From the NCBI GenBank assembly GCA_027345185.1, contig DAHWIK010000038.1:1-48997 (forward strand): a stretch of 48,997 nucleotides of DNA, given 5' to 3'. Of the stretch, positions 17,151 to 25,861 are shown piece after piece. The notes under the pieces are model-generated. The model saw only the letters and a list, made by a program, of their open reading frames with translations. It searched no databases and was not told the origin of the DNA. Each line of letters begins with the position of its first letter. Position 1 is the stretch's first letter. The DNA is from Candidatus Micrarchaeota archaeon. Its GTDB lineage: Archaea > Micrarchaeota > Micrarchaeia > Micrarchaeales > CABMGC01. Both the position numbers and the translations under genes were made by a program.

Positions 17151-19226
17151 ATGGGCGCTAAACTCTATTCAATTATTGCGGCCTTTATCATGTTTGCCTC
17201 ATTTAACACCGCATTCGCAACATCATCCGCATCCCTTCCCAAAGTCGATGCATTCCTCAGCGGCTTCAACGTATCGGGCGCAACGGAAAACGCGCTCACA
17301 TATGCGAACATAAGCTATGACGGCGGCAGCTACCTTCTTGCATACTACGGCGGCAGTCCGTACCTGCTGATAAATTCCACTTCAGGATACTCGTTTGTGC
17401 TCAATCCGTCGGCAATATCGGCAGTGATAACCCCGGCGATACTGCAGTCAAGCATATCCCAGCTAAACGACACATACCTCTCCAATGCGCTCATAGCATA
17501 CAATGCATCGTCTGCATCCACAATCAACGACTGCCTGGTGGAGACCGGGCTCAACCAGCCGAATGCGTCATGCACAGCGGCAAACTTATGCGAATCGTGC
17601 CGCACTGTGCCGATATGCGGCGGTGTGCAATCAAAGCCCGAATCGCAATTATCAGCATCAGGAGGCTACGGCAGCCCATTCCAGATAGGCATAGAGAACT
17701 TTGAGTCGAACTATACGCGTCTGGTCAGCAACATATCAATATACATGTCCGCAGTCTCATCGCTGAAATCGGCATCAAGTGCTCAGCTTGGCATTACAGA
17801 CCTAAACAAGGCATTTGACAACATAACTACAATAACCGAGCTCATCTATCAGAACCCAATATTCACTCCTACGACCAGCCAGGGAGGATGCAATCCTGCG
17901 CTTGCATACAGCCAGCAGCCGTGGTACTGCGTTGCATACGGATTCTGCGGAACAGTGACATACAACTACACACTATTGAGCAACATACAAAACTACATAA
18001 GCAGGATAAACGCGCTGCCAATCTCCTCAGCGCAGATAAGCAGCATAGCGCAGGGCATAAGCAGCAATGAGAACAAGTACGCATCGGTGATAATAGCCAG
18101 CGACGAGCTGAAGCAGAGGAACAATATACTGGCCACCACGATGTCCGGGTACAACGGGATTTCAGCAGGCGCAGCCTATCTTCTGGCGAACGTCAGCAAC
18201 GCGACGCTCTCTTCAAGGCTGGCCGCCCTAAACGCAAATTATTCGCTGCTCCTGAATTCATACGCCTCTGTCAATCTCACCAAGCTGAATTACACATTGG
18301 ATAGGCAATACTCGTCATTAAAGTCGCTGTACCTGTCGGTCAACGCATCATACAGATCTGCACTGGGGCTCTCATACAACAACACAGCCCTCCTGCTGGG
18401 ACTAGAGTCTGAATCTAGCTCGCCAAGCCAGCAGGTGGTAAGCCTGAGCTTCCGGGAAGCCACGCTTGAGAACCAGCTGACGTCAAAACCGTCAAACATA
18501 AATGCAGTGGAGAGAAACCTCAGCTCCTTGAACACAGAGATAAAGGCCGTGCCACCCACCATCGACGTTGCAGGGGAGGTATCAAGGTCGTTCGGCGGCC
18601 CGCTGGCCGCACTGCTTCTTGGTTCATCGTCATTCTCAAACGGAGTGGCAAACGCCCCGCTTGCTGCAACTGTGCCATCGATAATCATAAGCATAGTGAT
18701 ACTAGCTGTACTCTTCCTTGTCTACAAGCGCCTGCATAGGCACGGAAGGATAAGGCACAGCAGGAAGACAAGCAAGAACTGGAAGATACTGTTTGCCATA
18801 TCTGCAATATTGCTGCTGCTATACATATTCTGGTCGTATTCCACAGCAGTCGCTGCGAATTCAAGCGCGTCCCTGCCTGAAGCGGCTGCAGCAATAGGTG
18901 CATCCAAGAGCGTTGCCATAGCAATAAATGGCACTTCAACCCCGTCCCTTGTCGCCTGCGAAAGCAGGATATCCGCGATTCTTGTAAACCAGTCGAAGAC
19001 AGTGCACAAGATAACGATCAACGGAGAGGCCTGCAATACAGGCACAGGCATACAGACCACCGATTCGTGCCTTGGCCAGTATGCAGCAAGCGGGGTGCCT
19101 GTGATAATACTTACGAACAGCACAAGGAATACGCTTACAGCGTATTCGTTCTACGGTACCATACTAAGCCAGAGCGGCAACCAGCAGTTCACTGACTCAT
19201 GCCTGGCATCACTTTTCTTGGGATGA
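17151..19226 (+). CDS. Membrane-anchored, sequon-rich surface protein (candidate S-layer anchor, SlaB-analogous)
   Basis: Signal peptide MGAKLYSIIAAFIMFASFNTAFA. A long Ser/Ala/Leu/Asn-rich helical region carries 22 sequons by my count. Two TM helices flank a basic loop (KRLHRHGRIRHSRKTSKNWK), followed by a 124-aa Cys-containing ectodomain. Confidence 0.55.
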   Translation: MGAKLYSIIAAFIMFASFNTAFATSSASLPKVDAFLSGFNVSGATENALTYANISYDGGSYLLAYYGGSPYLLINSTSGYSFVLNPSAISAVITPAILQSSISQLNDTYLSNALIAYNASSASTINDCLVETGLNQPNASCTAANLCESCRTVPICGGVQSKPESQLSASGGYGSPFQIGIENFESNYTRLVSNISIYMSAVSSLKSASSAQLGITDLNKAFDNITTITELIYQNPIFTPTTSQGGCNPALAYSQQPWYCVAYGFCGTVTYNYTLLSNIQNYISRINALPISSAQISSIAQGISSNENKYASVIIASDELKQRNNILATTMSGYNGISAGAAYLLANVSNATLSSRLAALNANYSLLLNSYASVNLTKLNYTLDRQYSSLKSLYLSVNASYRSALGLSYNNTALLLGLESESSSPSQQVVSLSFREATLENQLTSKPSNINAVERNLSSLNTEIKAVPPTIDVAGEVSRSFGGPLAALLLGSSSFSNGVANAPLAATVPSIIISIVILAVLFLVYKRLHRHGRIRHSRKTSKNWKILFAISAILLLLYIFWSYSTAVAANSSASLPEAAAAIGASKSVAIAINGTSTPSLVACESRISAILVNQSKTVHKITINGEACNTGTGIQTTDSCLGQYAASGVPVIILTNSTRNTLTAYSFYGTILSQSGNQQFTDSCLASLFLG

Positions 19227-19231
19227 TCCGA

Positions 19232-19774
19232 ATGGCCGAAAAGAAGCAGACAAAACAGAATAAGGGCGCAAAGAGGGAGTCGCATCAAAGGCGCAATCCC
19301 TACCTTTATGCCGCAGTCGTAATCGTAATAGTTGCAGCCGCACTGGTATTGTTCCTTGCAGGGCCAGCGCTGAACGTCTCGGTTCCATTCTCCACATTCA
19401 AGGCCAACTTCCAGAGCGCAGCGAGGGTGAGCGTTACGGCCACATACTCCAACCAGAGCCAGTACGAGGCTGAGAGCCCATGCTTCACCTCTATGCTCGA
19501 GGTCATAGCACATTCAAGGAAGGCCTCCACCATAGACTTCTTCATAATCGACAGTTCAAATGCCACATGCACATATTCGGCCACAGGGCTGGGCGGATCC
19601 GTATCCCCGGTCACAACAAACTCAAGCTACTGCCTGGGAAAAGCGGATTCGGAGCCTGGCATCTTCCTTAACTACAGCACTGCGAACTACACATCAATAA
19701 CGTCATCACGCATGCTGGTTTACGGAAACAGCGCATACATGACGAGATGCCCTATTGCAGTGGAGCTGAACTGA
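19232..19774 (+). CDS. Single-pass membrane protein whose ectodomain is paralogous to the C-terminal domain of the preceding protein
   Basis: Basic N-terminus, TM helix YLYAAVVIVIVAAALVLFLAG, then an ectodomain with 4 Cys including S-Y-CLGK. This aligns with S-CLGQ in the upstream protein. The start lies 5 nt after the upstream stop. Confidence 0.5.
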   Translation: MAEKKQTKQNKGAKRESHQRRNPYLYAAVVIVIVAAALVLFLAGPALNVSVPFSTFKANFQSAARVSVTATYSNQSQYEAESPCFTSMLEVIAHSRKASTIDFFIIDSSNATCTYSATGLGGSVSPVTTNSSYCLGKADSEPGIFLNYSTANYTSITSSRMLVYGNSAYMTRCPIAVELN

Positions 19775-20180
19775 CTGCCTCAGCATGCATAGCTGCAGTA
19801 GGATTTGAGATAGAGAGTATGGCCTGCAGGTCCCTTTTTATCTCGAAGGTCCTCTTCATGGTGACGTTGTAGTTGCTTTCACCCTTGCTGAACTCGTCGA
19901 GCCTTATGAAGTACCAGCCCTTGCCCTTTATCTTCCAGGCCACGAACGTGAATCCATCCGTATTCCTCTCCCATTCGACCAGCTTCTGGTACTGGTCGGG
20001 TTCAAGCGAGAGGCTTCCTCTGTCCCACGCCTTGCACTCTATCGAGAGGCACACTCCCTTTCGCATTGCAATTATGTCAGGCCCTAGCGCATTAACTCCG
20101 CTGCCAGCCGCCCTCACAACAGAGTATCCCAAGTCATAGAACTTGTTGAGTAGCTCACGTTCGCTCCTGGCCCCCTTCAT
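19752..20180 (-). CDS. hjc: Holliday junction resolvase Hjc
   Basis: MKGARSERELLNKFYDLGYSVVRAAGSG ... PDIIAMRKGVCLSIECKA matches the Hjc nuclease core. The position of the TATA-like box favours the ATG at 20180 over 20204. Confidence 0.85.
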   Translation of the reverse strand: MKGARSERELLNKFYDLGYSVVRAAGSGVNALGPDIIAMRKGVCLSIECKAWDRGSLSLEPDQYQKLVEWERNTDGFTFVAWKIKGKGWYFIRLDEFSKGESNYNVTMKRTFEIKRDLQAILSISNPTAAMHAEAVSSAPLQ

Positions 20181-20411
20181 GTACCTGTGCAAGCATAGAC
20201 CCATACTATTAGGACACTGAAAATTTAAAAGACCTGCACTTCAGCTAAAACAGAAGGAATTTGTCCTTTTCTATTCGGAAATGTTATGGTGGCCGCTTCC
20301 GCGCATTTCCGCGATTGCAAGGTATGAACATACATACAGAAAGGGATTGACATCGTGGTCTTTATACCTACAGACAGCAAGGGCTTCAGCATACCAACCT
20401 CGATAGGGTTG

Positions 20412-20516
20412 ATGGGCATCCGCGACCTGCAGCAGCTTCAGACGAGGTCAGGCAAAGCCCAGAAAGAAGTCAAGAACAAGGCCAGCAAGCTGGAAGGCGA
20501 GAGCAAGCCCAAATAA
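20412..20516 (+). CDS. Candidate 34-aa basic micro-protein
   Basis: MGIRDLQQLQTRSGKAQKEVKNKASKLEGESKPK. A TTTATA box sits at 20361-20366. It falls below the ORF-track length cut-off. Confidence 0.3.
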   Translation: MGIRDLQQLQTRSGKAQKEVKNKASKLEGESKPK

Positions 20517-20557
20517 TCCGTACATCAGCTTTAAATATCTTCAAATGCCCATATAAA

Positions 20558-20710
20558 ATGGGTATTGGAATGGGGAGAAATACTAGAAAGAACAACAAGA
20601 CAGGCAGGAACCATGCACAGCGGGTAAGCGATATGTCAAACATAACGCTTGTGGCTTCAATAATGCTGATATACTTTGCAGCAATAACAGTCGTGTTGGT
20701 TTATCTCTAA
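20558..20710 (+). CDS. Candidate 50-aa tail-anchored micro-membrane protein
   Basis: MGIGMGRNTRKNNKTGRNHAQRVSDMSNITLVASIMLIYFAAITVVLVYL. A TTTAAATA box at 20530-20537 lies about 24 nt upstream of the ATG, the spacing expected for a leaderless transcript. Confidence 0.4.
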   Translation: MGIGMGRNTRKNNKTGRNHAQRVSDMSNITLVASIMLIYFAAITVVLVYL

Positions 20711-20978
20711 CGGACAGTTTTAGGGGCGTTGCAAGGTAAAACCTTAGCGCACAACAAGCATTATTAATCTTATTATGCTAATAACATATTAGAAACAAGG
20801 TGCAAGAATGGCATATCATACTAATCAAAGTATCAACTGCAGACTATGTGATTACTCCTGCGCCTCGATATAAGTTAATCCAAGGTATTATCATGGCAGG
20901 AGCAATCAGAGCTGAGCAATATTCAATACTAAACCTTAGTTCATCTTACGAAAGGTCATACTTAAAAATGGTGTAAAA

Positions 20979-22376
20979 ATGGCAAAGACTTATCTTGAAA
21001 TAGTAAAGTATATGGTTGAAGCTAAATTCAACATAGACGGAGTTGTGGACAAGCCTGACATAATAGGCGCAGTCTTCGGACAGACAGAAGGGCTCCTCGG
21101 AAACGAACTGGACCTCAGGGAGCTGCAGAAGAACGGCAAGATCGGAAGGATCGAGATAGATGTGCAGCAGTCGTCAAACAAGACCTTCGGCAAGCTTCAT
21201 CTTCCGGCCTCTCTGGACAGGATAGAGACATGCAAACTCGCAGCCGCAGTGGAGTCTGTGGACCGCGTAGGACCATACGAGGCGCAGTTTTCAGTTGACA
21301 AGGTTGAGGATACAAGGTCGGAGAAGAGGAGGAAGATACTTGCAAGGGCAAAGGATCTGCTCAAGAAGCTTCTTGATACTGAGATACCCGACAGCAAGGA
21401 GATATCTGAGATGGTATCATCGGATGTAAAGGCCAGCGAGATAGCCGAGTTCGGACCTGAGAAGCTAGCGGCAGGGCCAGACATAGCCTCCTCAGAAGAG
21501 GTTATAATCGTGGAAGGCAGAGCAGACGTTCTCAACCTGCTAAGGAATGACATAACGAACGCAATAGCTGTGGGAGGCGCGGCAAGCAACATACCAAAGA
21601 CCATAGTCGACCTGATAAACCAGAAGGACGCAACGCTCTTCCTAGACGGGGACAGGGGAGGAGACATGATTGCAAGGTCAATACTCAATGTAGCCGAGGT
21701 GGACTATATAGCCAAGGCTCCGGACGGGAAGGAGGTCGAGGATCTCACCAGGAAGGAGATAATCAAGTCAATGAGGACAAGGGTTCCTGTAGATCAGTAC
21801 AGGGGGCTGGGGACAAGCGGTGGCGGGCCTAACCAGAGGTTCCAGAGGAGGCCTGAACAGCAGGGCTACAGGCAGGCGCAGCAGCAGGCGGCAAAGCCTG
21901 AATCCAGGCCGGAGCCTAGGCAGCATGAGCCTCAAAGGCCAGTCCAGCAGCCAACCCCCACAGTATCTTCGGTGGTTGAAGACGACCAACCAGCATCAAG
22001 GATAGAATCAGTGAGCTACGAACCAGCGTCAAGGCTAGGAAAAGCAGAGGCAAAGCCTCAGGCGCCTGTTCTCGAAGCGCAGGTACTGGCCCAGCTATCA
22101 AGCAGTCTTGACGAGCTTTCAGGAACTCTCAGGAGCAGGCTGTACGACAGCGCCGGCAACGTGATAAAGGAGATGCCGATAAGGGAGCTCCTTTCGGAGA
22201 TGGACTATTCTAACGGGGTATATGCGGTTGTGCTCGACGGAGTAATAACGCAGAGGCTTGTTGAGCTCGCCCTGCAGAAGAACATAAGGGCGGTGTACGG
22301 GATAAAGGCGAATCCTCTTACAAGGAAGTTCCACGACATACTGCTATACACCAAGGAGCAGGGAAAGATCTCCTGA
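20979..22376 (+). CDS. dnaG: Archaeal DnaG primase-like protein (TOPRIM; exosome-associated DnaG)
   Basis: N-terminal KFNIDGVVDKPDIIGAVFGQTEGLLG and the TOPRIM blocks IIVEGRADV and FLDGDRGGD. It carries a Gln/Pro-rich linker. Confidence 0.88.
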   Translation: MAKTYLEIVKYMVEAKFNIDGVVDKPDIIGAVFGQTEGLLGNELDLRELQKNGKIGRIEIDVQQSSNKTFGKLHLPASLDRIETCKLAAAVESVDRVGPYEAQFSVDKVEDTRSEKRRKILARAKDLLKKLLDTEIPDSKEISEMVSSDVKASEIAEFGPEKLAAGPDIASSEEVIIVEGRADVLNLLRNDITNAIAVGGAASNIPKTIVDLINQKDATLFLDGDRGGDMIARSILNVAEVDYIAKAPDGKEVEDLTRKEIIKSMRTRVPVDQYRGLGTSGGGPNQRFQRRPEQQGYRQAQQQAAKPESRPEPRQHEPQRPVQQPTPTVSSVVEDDQPASRIESVSYEPASRLGKAEAKPQAPVLEAQVLAQLSSSLDELSGTLRSRLYDSAGNVIKEMPIRELLSEMDYSNGVYAVVLDGVITQRLVELALQKNIRAVYGIKANPLTRKFHDILLYTKEQGKIS

Positions 22377-22395
22377 CAGGGCTTCCAGTGATGTG

Positions 22396-22908
22396 ATGTC
22401 GGATCCAGAGGAATTTGAGATAGCAAAGCACGTAATCTCATGCCTTAATTCAACTCCGTTAGCGGTGCTTTCTACTAGGGACAAGGATGCGGTCTGGGGA
22501 ACCCCTGTCTACTTCATACACGATGATGAATTCAACTTCTACATACTCTCAAACTCAAAGAGCAGGCACTACAGGGACATAAAGAGAGACTCAAAGGTTG
22601 CGCTTGTCATAACCATGCCTCCAGACCAGTCAAACGGCTTCGAGGTGGGCATACAGATTGCAGGCACTGCATCAGAGGTATCGGAAAATAGGATGGAAGA
22701 GATATACAGGCTTAGGAGCTCAAGGATCACCGGAGACGGCGCCTACTTTTTCGACTCAAACGGAGCTCAGGTGATAAAGAACGAGGGCGGCGCATTCATA
22801 AAGATAGTCCCAAAGCTCGTAATGTACCTTGACAGGAGGTATCATGGCCCGAATAGCAGGAAGGTCTCGATAAAGAGGCTCGTCCAGCTGAGCAAATACA
22901 TAAGGTAA
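22396..22908 (+). CDS. Pyridoxamine 5'-phosphate oxidase-like FMN-binding split-barrel protein
   Basis: LAVLSTRDKDAVWGTPVYFIHDDEFNFYILSNSKSRHYRDIKRDSKVALVI is typical of the PNPOx-like family. Confidence 0.6.
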   Translation: MSDPEEFEIAKHVISCLNSTPLAVLSTRDKDAVWGTPVYFIHDDEFNFYILSNSKSRHYRDIKRDSKVALVITMPPDQSNGFEVGIQIAGTASEVSENRMEEIYRLRSSRITGDGAYFFDSNGAQVIKNEGGAFIKIVPKLVMYLDRRYHGPNSRKVSIKRLVQLSKYIR

Positions 22909-22943
22909 AATCAGTAAGCAGTAGCACCCAACTGAAAGTACGT

Positions 22944-24659
22944 TCAGCACTTCCTTTTCCTAATTTCATCGTTTAGCTGGGTTACGAAGTCCTCAAGCTT
23001 CTGCTGGTTCTTCTGGGTTCCGTCCCTCATCCTTACCGATATGGTCTTTGCCTCGGCCTCGTTTCTCCCAAGTATTATTGTGTAAGGCGTCTCCTTCATC
23101 TTGGCATCCCTTATCTTGTACTGCAGGGTCCTGTCGGATATGTCCAGATTGGCGCGGATACCTCCCTCCTTCAGCATCTTGTAAACCTCCTCGGCATAGC
23201 CGCTCACCTGTTCCGATATCGATACGACAACCACCTGCGTGGGCGCCAGCCATGTGGGGAACTTTCCATGAAGATGCTCAACCAAGACTGCAATGAATCT
23301 CTCCACAGAACCCAGAGCAGCCCTGTGGATTATCACCGGGGTGTGCTGCTTTCCATCCTCGCCTGTATATTCAATCCCGAATCTCAACGGCTGCTGGTAA
23401 TCAACCTGCATTGTTGCGCATTGCCACGCCCTTCCCATGGAGTCATATACGTCGAAATCTATCTTCGGACCGTAGAATGCCCCCTCCTTATCCTTCACCT
23501 CGTACTTCATGCCGCTTCTTTCAAGCGCCTGCCTGAGCGACTTGGTGGCCTTATCCCACAATGCTTCGTCTCCCATATGGCTGTCTGGCATTGTGGATAG
23601 CTTTGCAACGAATTTCATGCCGAATGTATCGTAAACGGTCTTTACAAATTCAAGGAACTTCTCAACCTCGTTCTCCACCTGGTCCTCTGTGAGGAATATG
23701 TGGCCGTCGTCCTGGGTGAGCTCCATGACCCTGAACAGCCCCGTAAGCGCGCCGCTGACCTCCTTCCTATACAGCTTGTCGAACGTCGCGGTCCTGAATG
23801 GAAGGTCCCTGTAGCTCCACTTCCTTGATTTATATATCAGTATTGTGGAAGGGCAGCTCATGGGCTTCAAGCCAAGTTGGCCCATGTCCGTATCAAACAT
23901 AAACATGTTTTCTTTGTAGTGGTCGTAATGACCGCTTACATGCCAAAGGGCCGTGTTCGCAATTACGGGCGTGCTTGTCTCCTCGTACCCATATTGCTCT
24001 TCAAGCTCCCTTATGAATTTTATGATCTGCCTGTACACGGTATTGCCGTTTGGATGCCAGTATACCATCGATGGTGAGACCTCCTGAAAGCTGTAAAGGT
24101 CGAGCCTCTCGCCTATGGTTCTGTGGTCCGTTTCCGGAAGGCCTGACCAGTCGCTCTTTCTTACAATTGCAGTGTTCACCTCTACTGGCTTTGCCTTATT
24201 GTATATCTTCTGCGGCTCATCTATGCCATAACTTCTTGACTGCTCTGCCAGCGGATGACCCTTGACGTCGACGCTCATCTTCTTGGTCCACCCAAAAGGT
24301 GCCTTCCTCACATCATAATCCTTGGAGAAATGCTTGTACATGTGGTCAAGTATCTTCATGGCATGATTTGGCGATTCAAGATTGTTGCTCAAGTGGGCAA
24401 ACGGATAGATGAGCACGCTCCTCCTCGACAGCTTCTTCATGAAATCCTCGGTATCCTTGATCGACTGGTCTGCCATGTGGATTGTGTCTCCCTTCTCCAC
24501 GCTGACGAATATTACAAGTATGTTGTCCAGCGAGATCTTCTCCTTCTTGGCATCCTCGTATATGCTTGCCTCAGGAGCTATTGGCTCATAGGTTATGTTG
24601 TTTGCATCCATCTGAAGTATCTTCAATAAAGCACCGACCACACGATAATAATCAGCCAT
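22944..24659 (-). CDS. thrS: Threonyl-tRNA synthetase with the archaeal-type N-terminal editing domain
   Basis: Editing-domain blocks VIFVSVEKGD, VLIYPFAHLSNNL and KAPFGW..KGHPLAEQSR. Class II core blocks FRVMELTQDDGHIF and HRAALGSVERF. A C-terminal anticodon-binding domain is present. Confidence 0.9.
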   Translation of the reverse strand: MADYYRVVGALLKILQMDANNITYEPIAPEASIYEDAKKEKISLDNILVIFVSVEKGDTIHMADQSIKDTEDFMKKLSRRSVLIYPFAHLSNNLESPNHAMKILDHMYKHFSKDYDVRKAPFGWTKKMSVDVKGHPLAEQSRSYGIDEPQKIYNKAKPVEVNTAIVRKSDWSGLPETDHRTIGERLDLYSFQEVSPSMVYWHPNGNTVYRQIIKFIRELEEQYGYEETSTPVIANTALWHVSGHYDHYKENMFMFDTDMGQLGLKPMSCPSTILIYKSRKWSYRDLPFRTATFDKLYRKEVSGALTGLFRVMELTQDDGHIFLTEDQVENEVEKFLEFVKTVYDTFGMKFVAKLSTMPDSHMGDEALWDKATKSLRQALERSGMKYEVKDKEGAFYGPKIDFDVYDSMGRAWQCATMQVDYQQPLRFGIEYTGEDGKQHTPVIIHRAALGSVERFIAVLVEHLHGKFPTWLAPTQVVVVSISEQVSGYAEEVYKMLKEGGIRANLDISDRTLQYKIRDAKMKETPYTIILGRNEAEAKTISVRMRDGTQKNQQKLEDFVTQLNDEIRKRKC

Positions 24660-24736
24660 TATATTTATACCTTTTTATATCAGACTTGCCCAACAACCGC
24701 ATGAAATGCAAGGAATTATATATCCTGTTTAATAAT

Positions 24737-24744
24737 GTTATAAC
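24737..24744. promoter_or_regulatory. Palindrome GTTATAAC (TGTTA/TAAC half-sites) between a TATA-like box and the RHH gene start
   Basis: Read directly. The TATA-like AATTATATAT lies near 24715-24725 and the RHH ATG is at 24768. Confidence 0.4.
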
Positions 24745-24767
24745 GTCATGTGGCACGATGTGAATCT

Positions 24768-25001
24768 ATGAAGAAAGGTCAGACTACAGAGAAGAGAAAG
24801 TACACAACAATAACAATACCTACAAGATTATTCGAAAAGATACAGGAAAGGATAAAGGATACCGGGTTCTCATCAGTATCCGATTACGCCACATATATAT
24901 TGCGTGATACGCTTGCAGACATGGCCATGGGCAAAAAGAAGGGCAACAGTGAAACTGGCAACGTAGTTGAGAAGCTCAGGGCTTTGGGTTACGTGGACTG
25001 A
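24768..25001 (+). CDS. Ribbon-helix-helix (CopG/Arc/MetJ-like) DNA-binding protein with a CysD-like C-terminal tail
   Basis: KYTTITIPTRLFEKIQERIKDTGFSSVSDYATYILRDTL shows a beta-alpha-alpha RHH pattern. The C-terminus is VVEKLRALGYVD. The ORF is open from a GTG at 24750. Confidence 0.65.
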   Translation: MKKGQTTEKRKYTTITIPTRLFEKIQERIKDTGFSSVSDYATYILRDTLADMAMGKKKGNSETGNVVEKLRALGYVD

Positions 25002-25108
25002 CATTGTGACAGAAGCAACTACGACTCAGGCGCTCAAGCAGGCATTTTCTTCAGGTGTAGTATACGATAAAACAAGATGTAACCAAACTTGAAGAGAGAA
25101 GCATATTC

Positions 25109-25852
25109 GTGATCAGGGAGGCAAAGTCAAGATTCAAGAATGTGGCTGCACTATGGAGCATGGGCAAGGACAGCACTGCAATGCTTTCCATAGCAAGAAA
25201 GGCGTTTCTGGGCAAAGTGCCATTCCCAGTAATACATATTGACAACTCGATCGATTTTCCTGAAACATACCAATTCAGGGAGAACCTCGAGAGGATGTGG
25301 AAGCTTGACCTTATAGTAGAAAAGAGCAAAATAAAGCCAAACTTATCCGGCGCAGCATGCTGCGGCGCGAACAAATCCGCAGCACTCAAGAAGGTCATGT
25401 CAAAATACGGATTCGATGCCCTGATAGTGTCGATAAGGAGAGATGAGCATGCAATAAGGGCAAAGGAAAGATACATGTCCCCAAGGGACGAGCACTTCAG
25501 GTGGAACTACAGGGACCAGCCTGCGGAGATGTGGGGCGACTATTCACAGAGCCCGGATTCAAAGGGGCACATAAGGGTGCATCCGCTGCTCGATTTCAAT
25601 GAGATTGACATATGGCAGTACATACAGAAGAACAAGGTGCCAGTGAATCCTCTCTATTTTTCAAGGAATGGATTCAGGTACAGAAGCCTTGGATGCACGC
25701 GCTGCACATCTCCAGTCAGGTCAAATGCGAATAATGTCAAGGAAATAATAAAAGAGCTCGAAACCACCACTGTCGAGGAGAGATCGGGGCGTGACCAGGA
25801 TAAGGAACAGGAGTATTCAATGCAGAAACTGAGAGAATTAGGGTACATGTAA
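25109..25852 (+). CDS. cysD: Sulfate adenylyltransferase subunit 2 (CysD, PP-loop ATP pyrophosphatase). Its true N-terminus probably lies upstream of the annotated GTG
   Basis: WSMGKDS PP-loop, HIDN..FPET, RRDEHAIRAKER, IRVHPLLDF..DIWQYI, RYRSLGC, ERSGR and a C-terminal KLRELGYM. All are collinear with E. coli CysD as I remember it. Confidence 0.8.
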   Translation: MIREAKSRFKNVAALWSMGKDSTAMLSIARKAFLGKVPFPVIHIDNSIDFPETYQFRENLERMWKLDLIVEKSKIKPNLSGAACCGANKSAALKKVMSKYGFDALIVSIRRDEHAIRAKERYMSPRDEHFRWNYRDQPAEMWGDYSQSPDSKGHIRVHPLLDFNEIDIWQYIQKNKVPVNPLYFSRNGFRYRSLGCTRCTSPVRSNANNVKEIIKELETTTVEERSGRDQDKEQEYSMQKLRELGYM

Positions 25853-25861
25853 GCTGGTCGA

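Noticed and set aside
20250-20516. A continuous reading frame interrupted only by an in-frame TGA at 20325-20327, considered as possible selenocysteine or readthrough
   Set aside because: The upstream part is not protein-like, there is no obvious SECIS-type hairpin, and the TATA-like box at 20361-20366 lies downstream of the TGA. This favours a short independent ORF starting at 20412.
21197-21688. 163-aa minus-strand ORF opposite dnaG
   Set aside because: It is antisense to a gene with clear DnaG and TOPRIM motifs.
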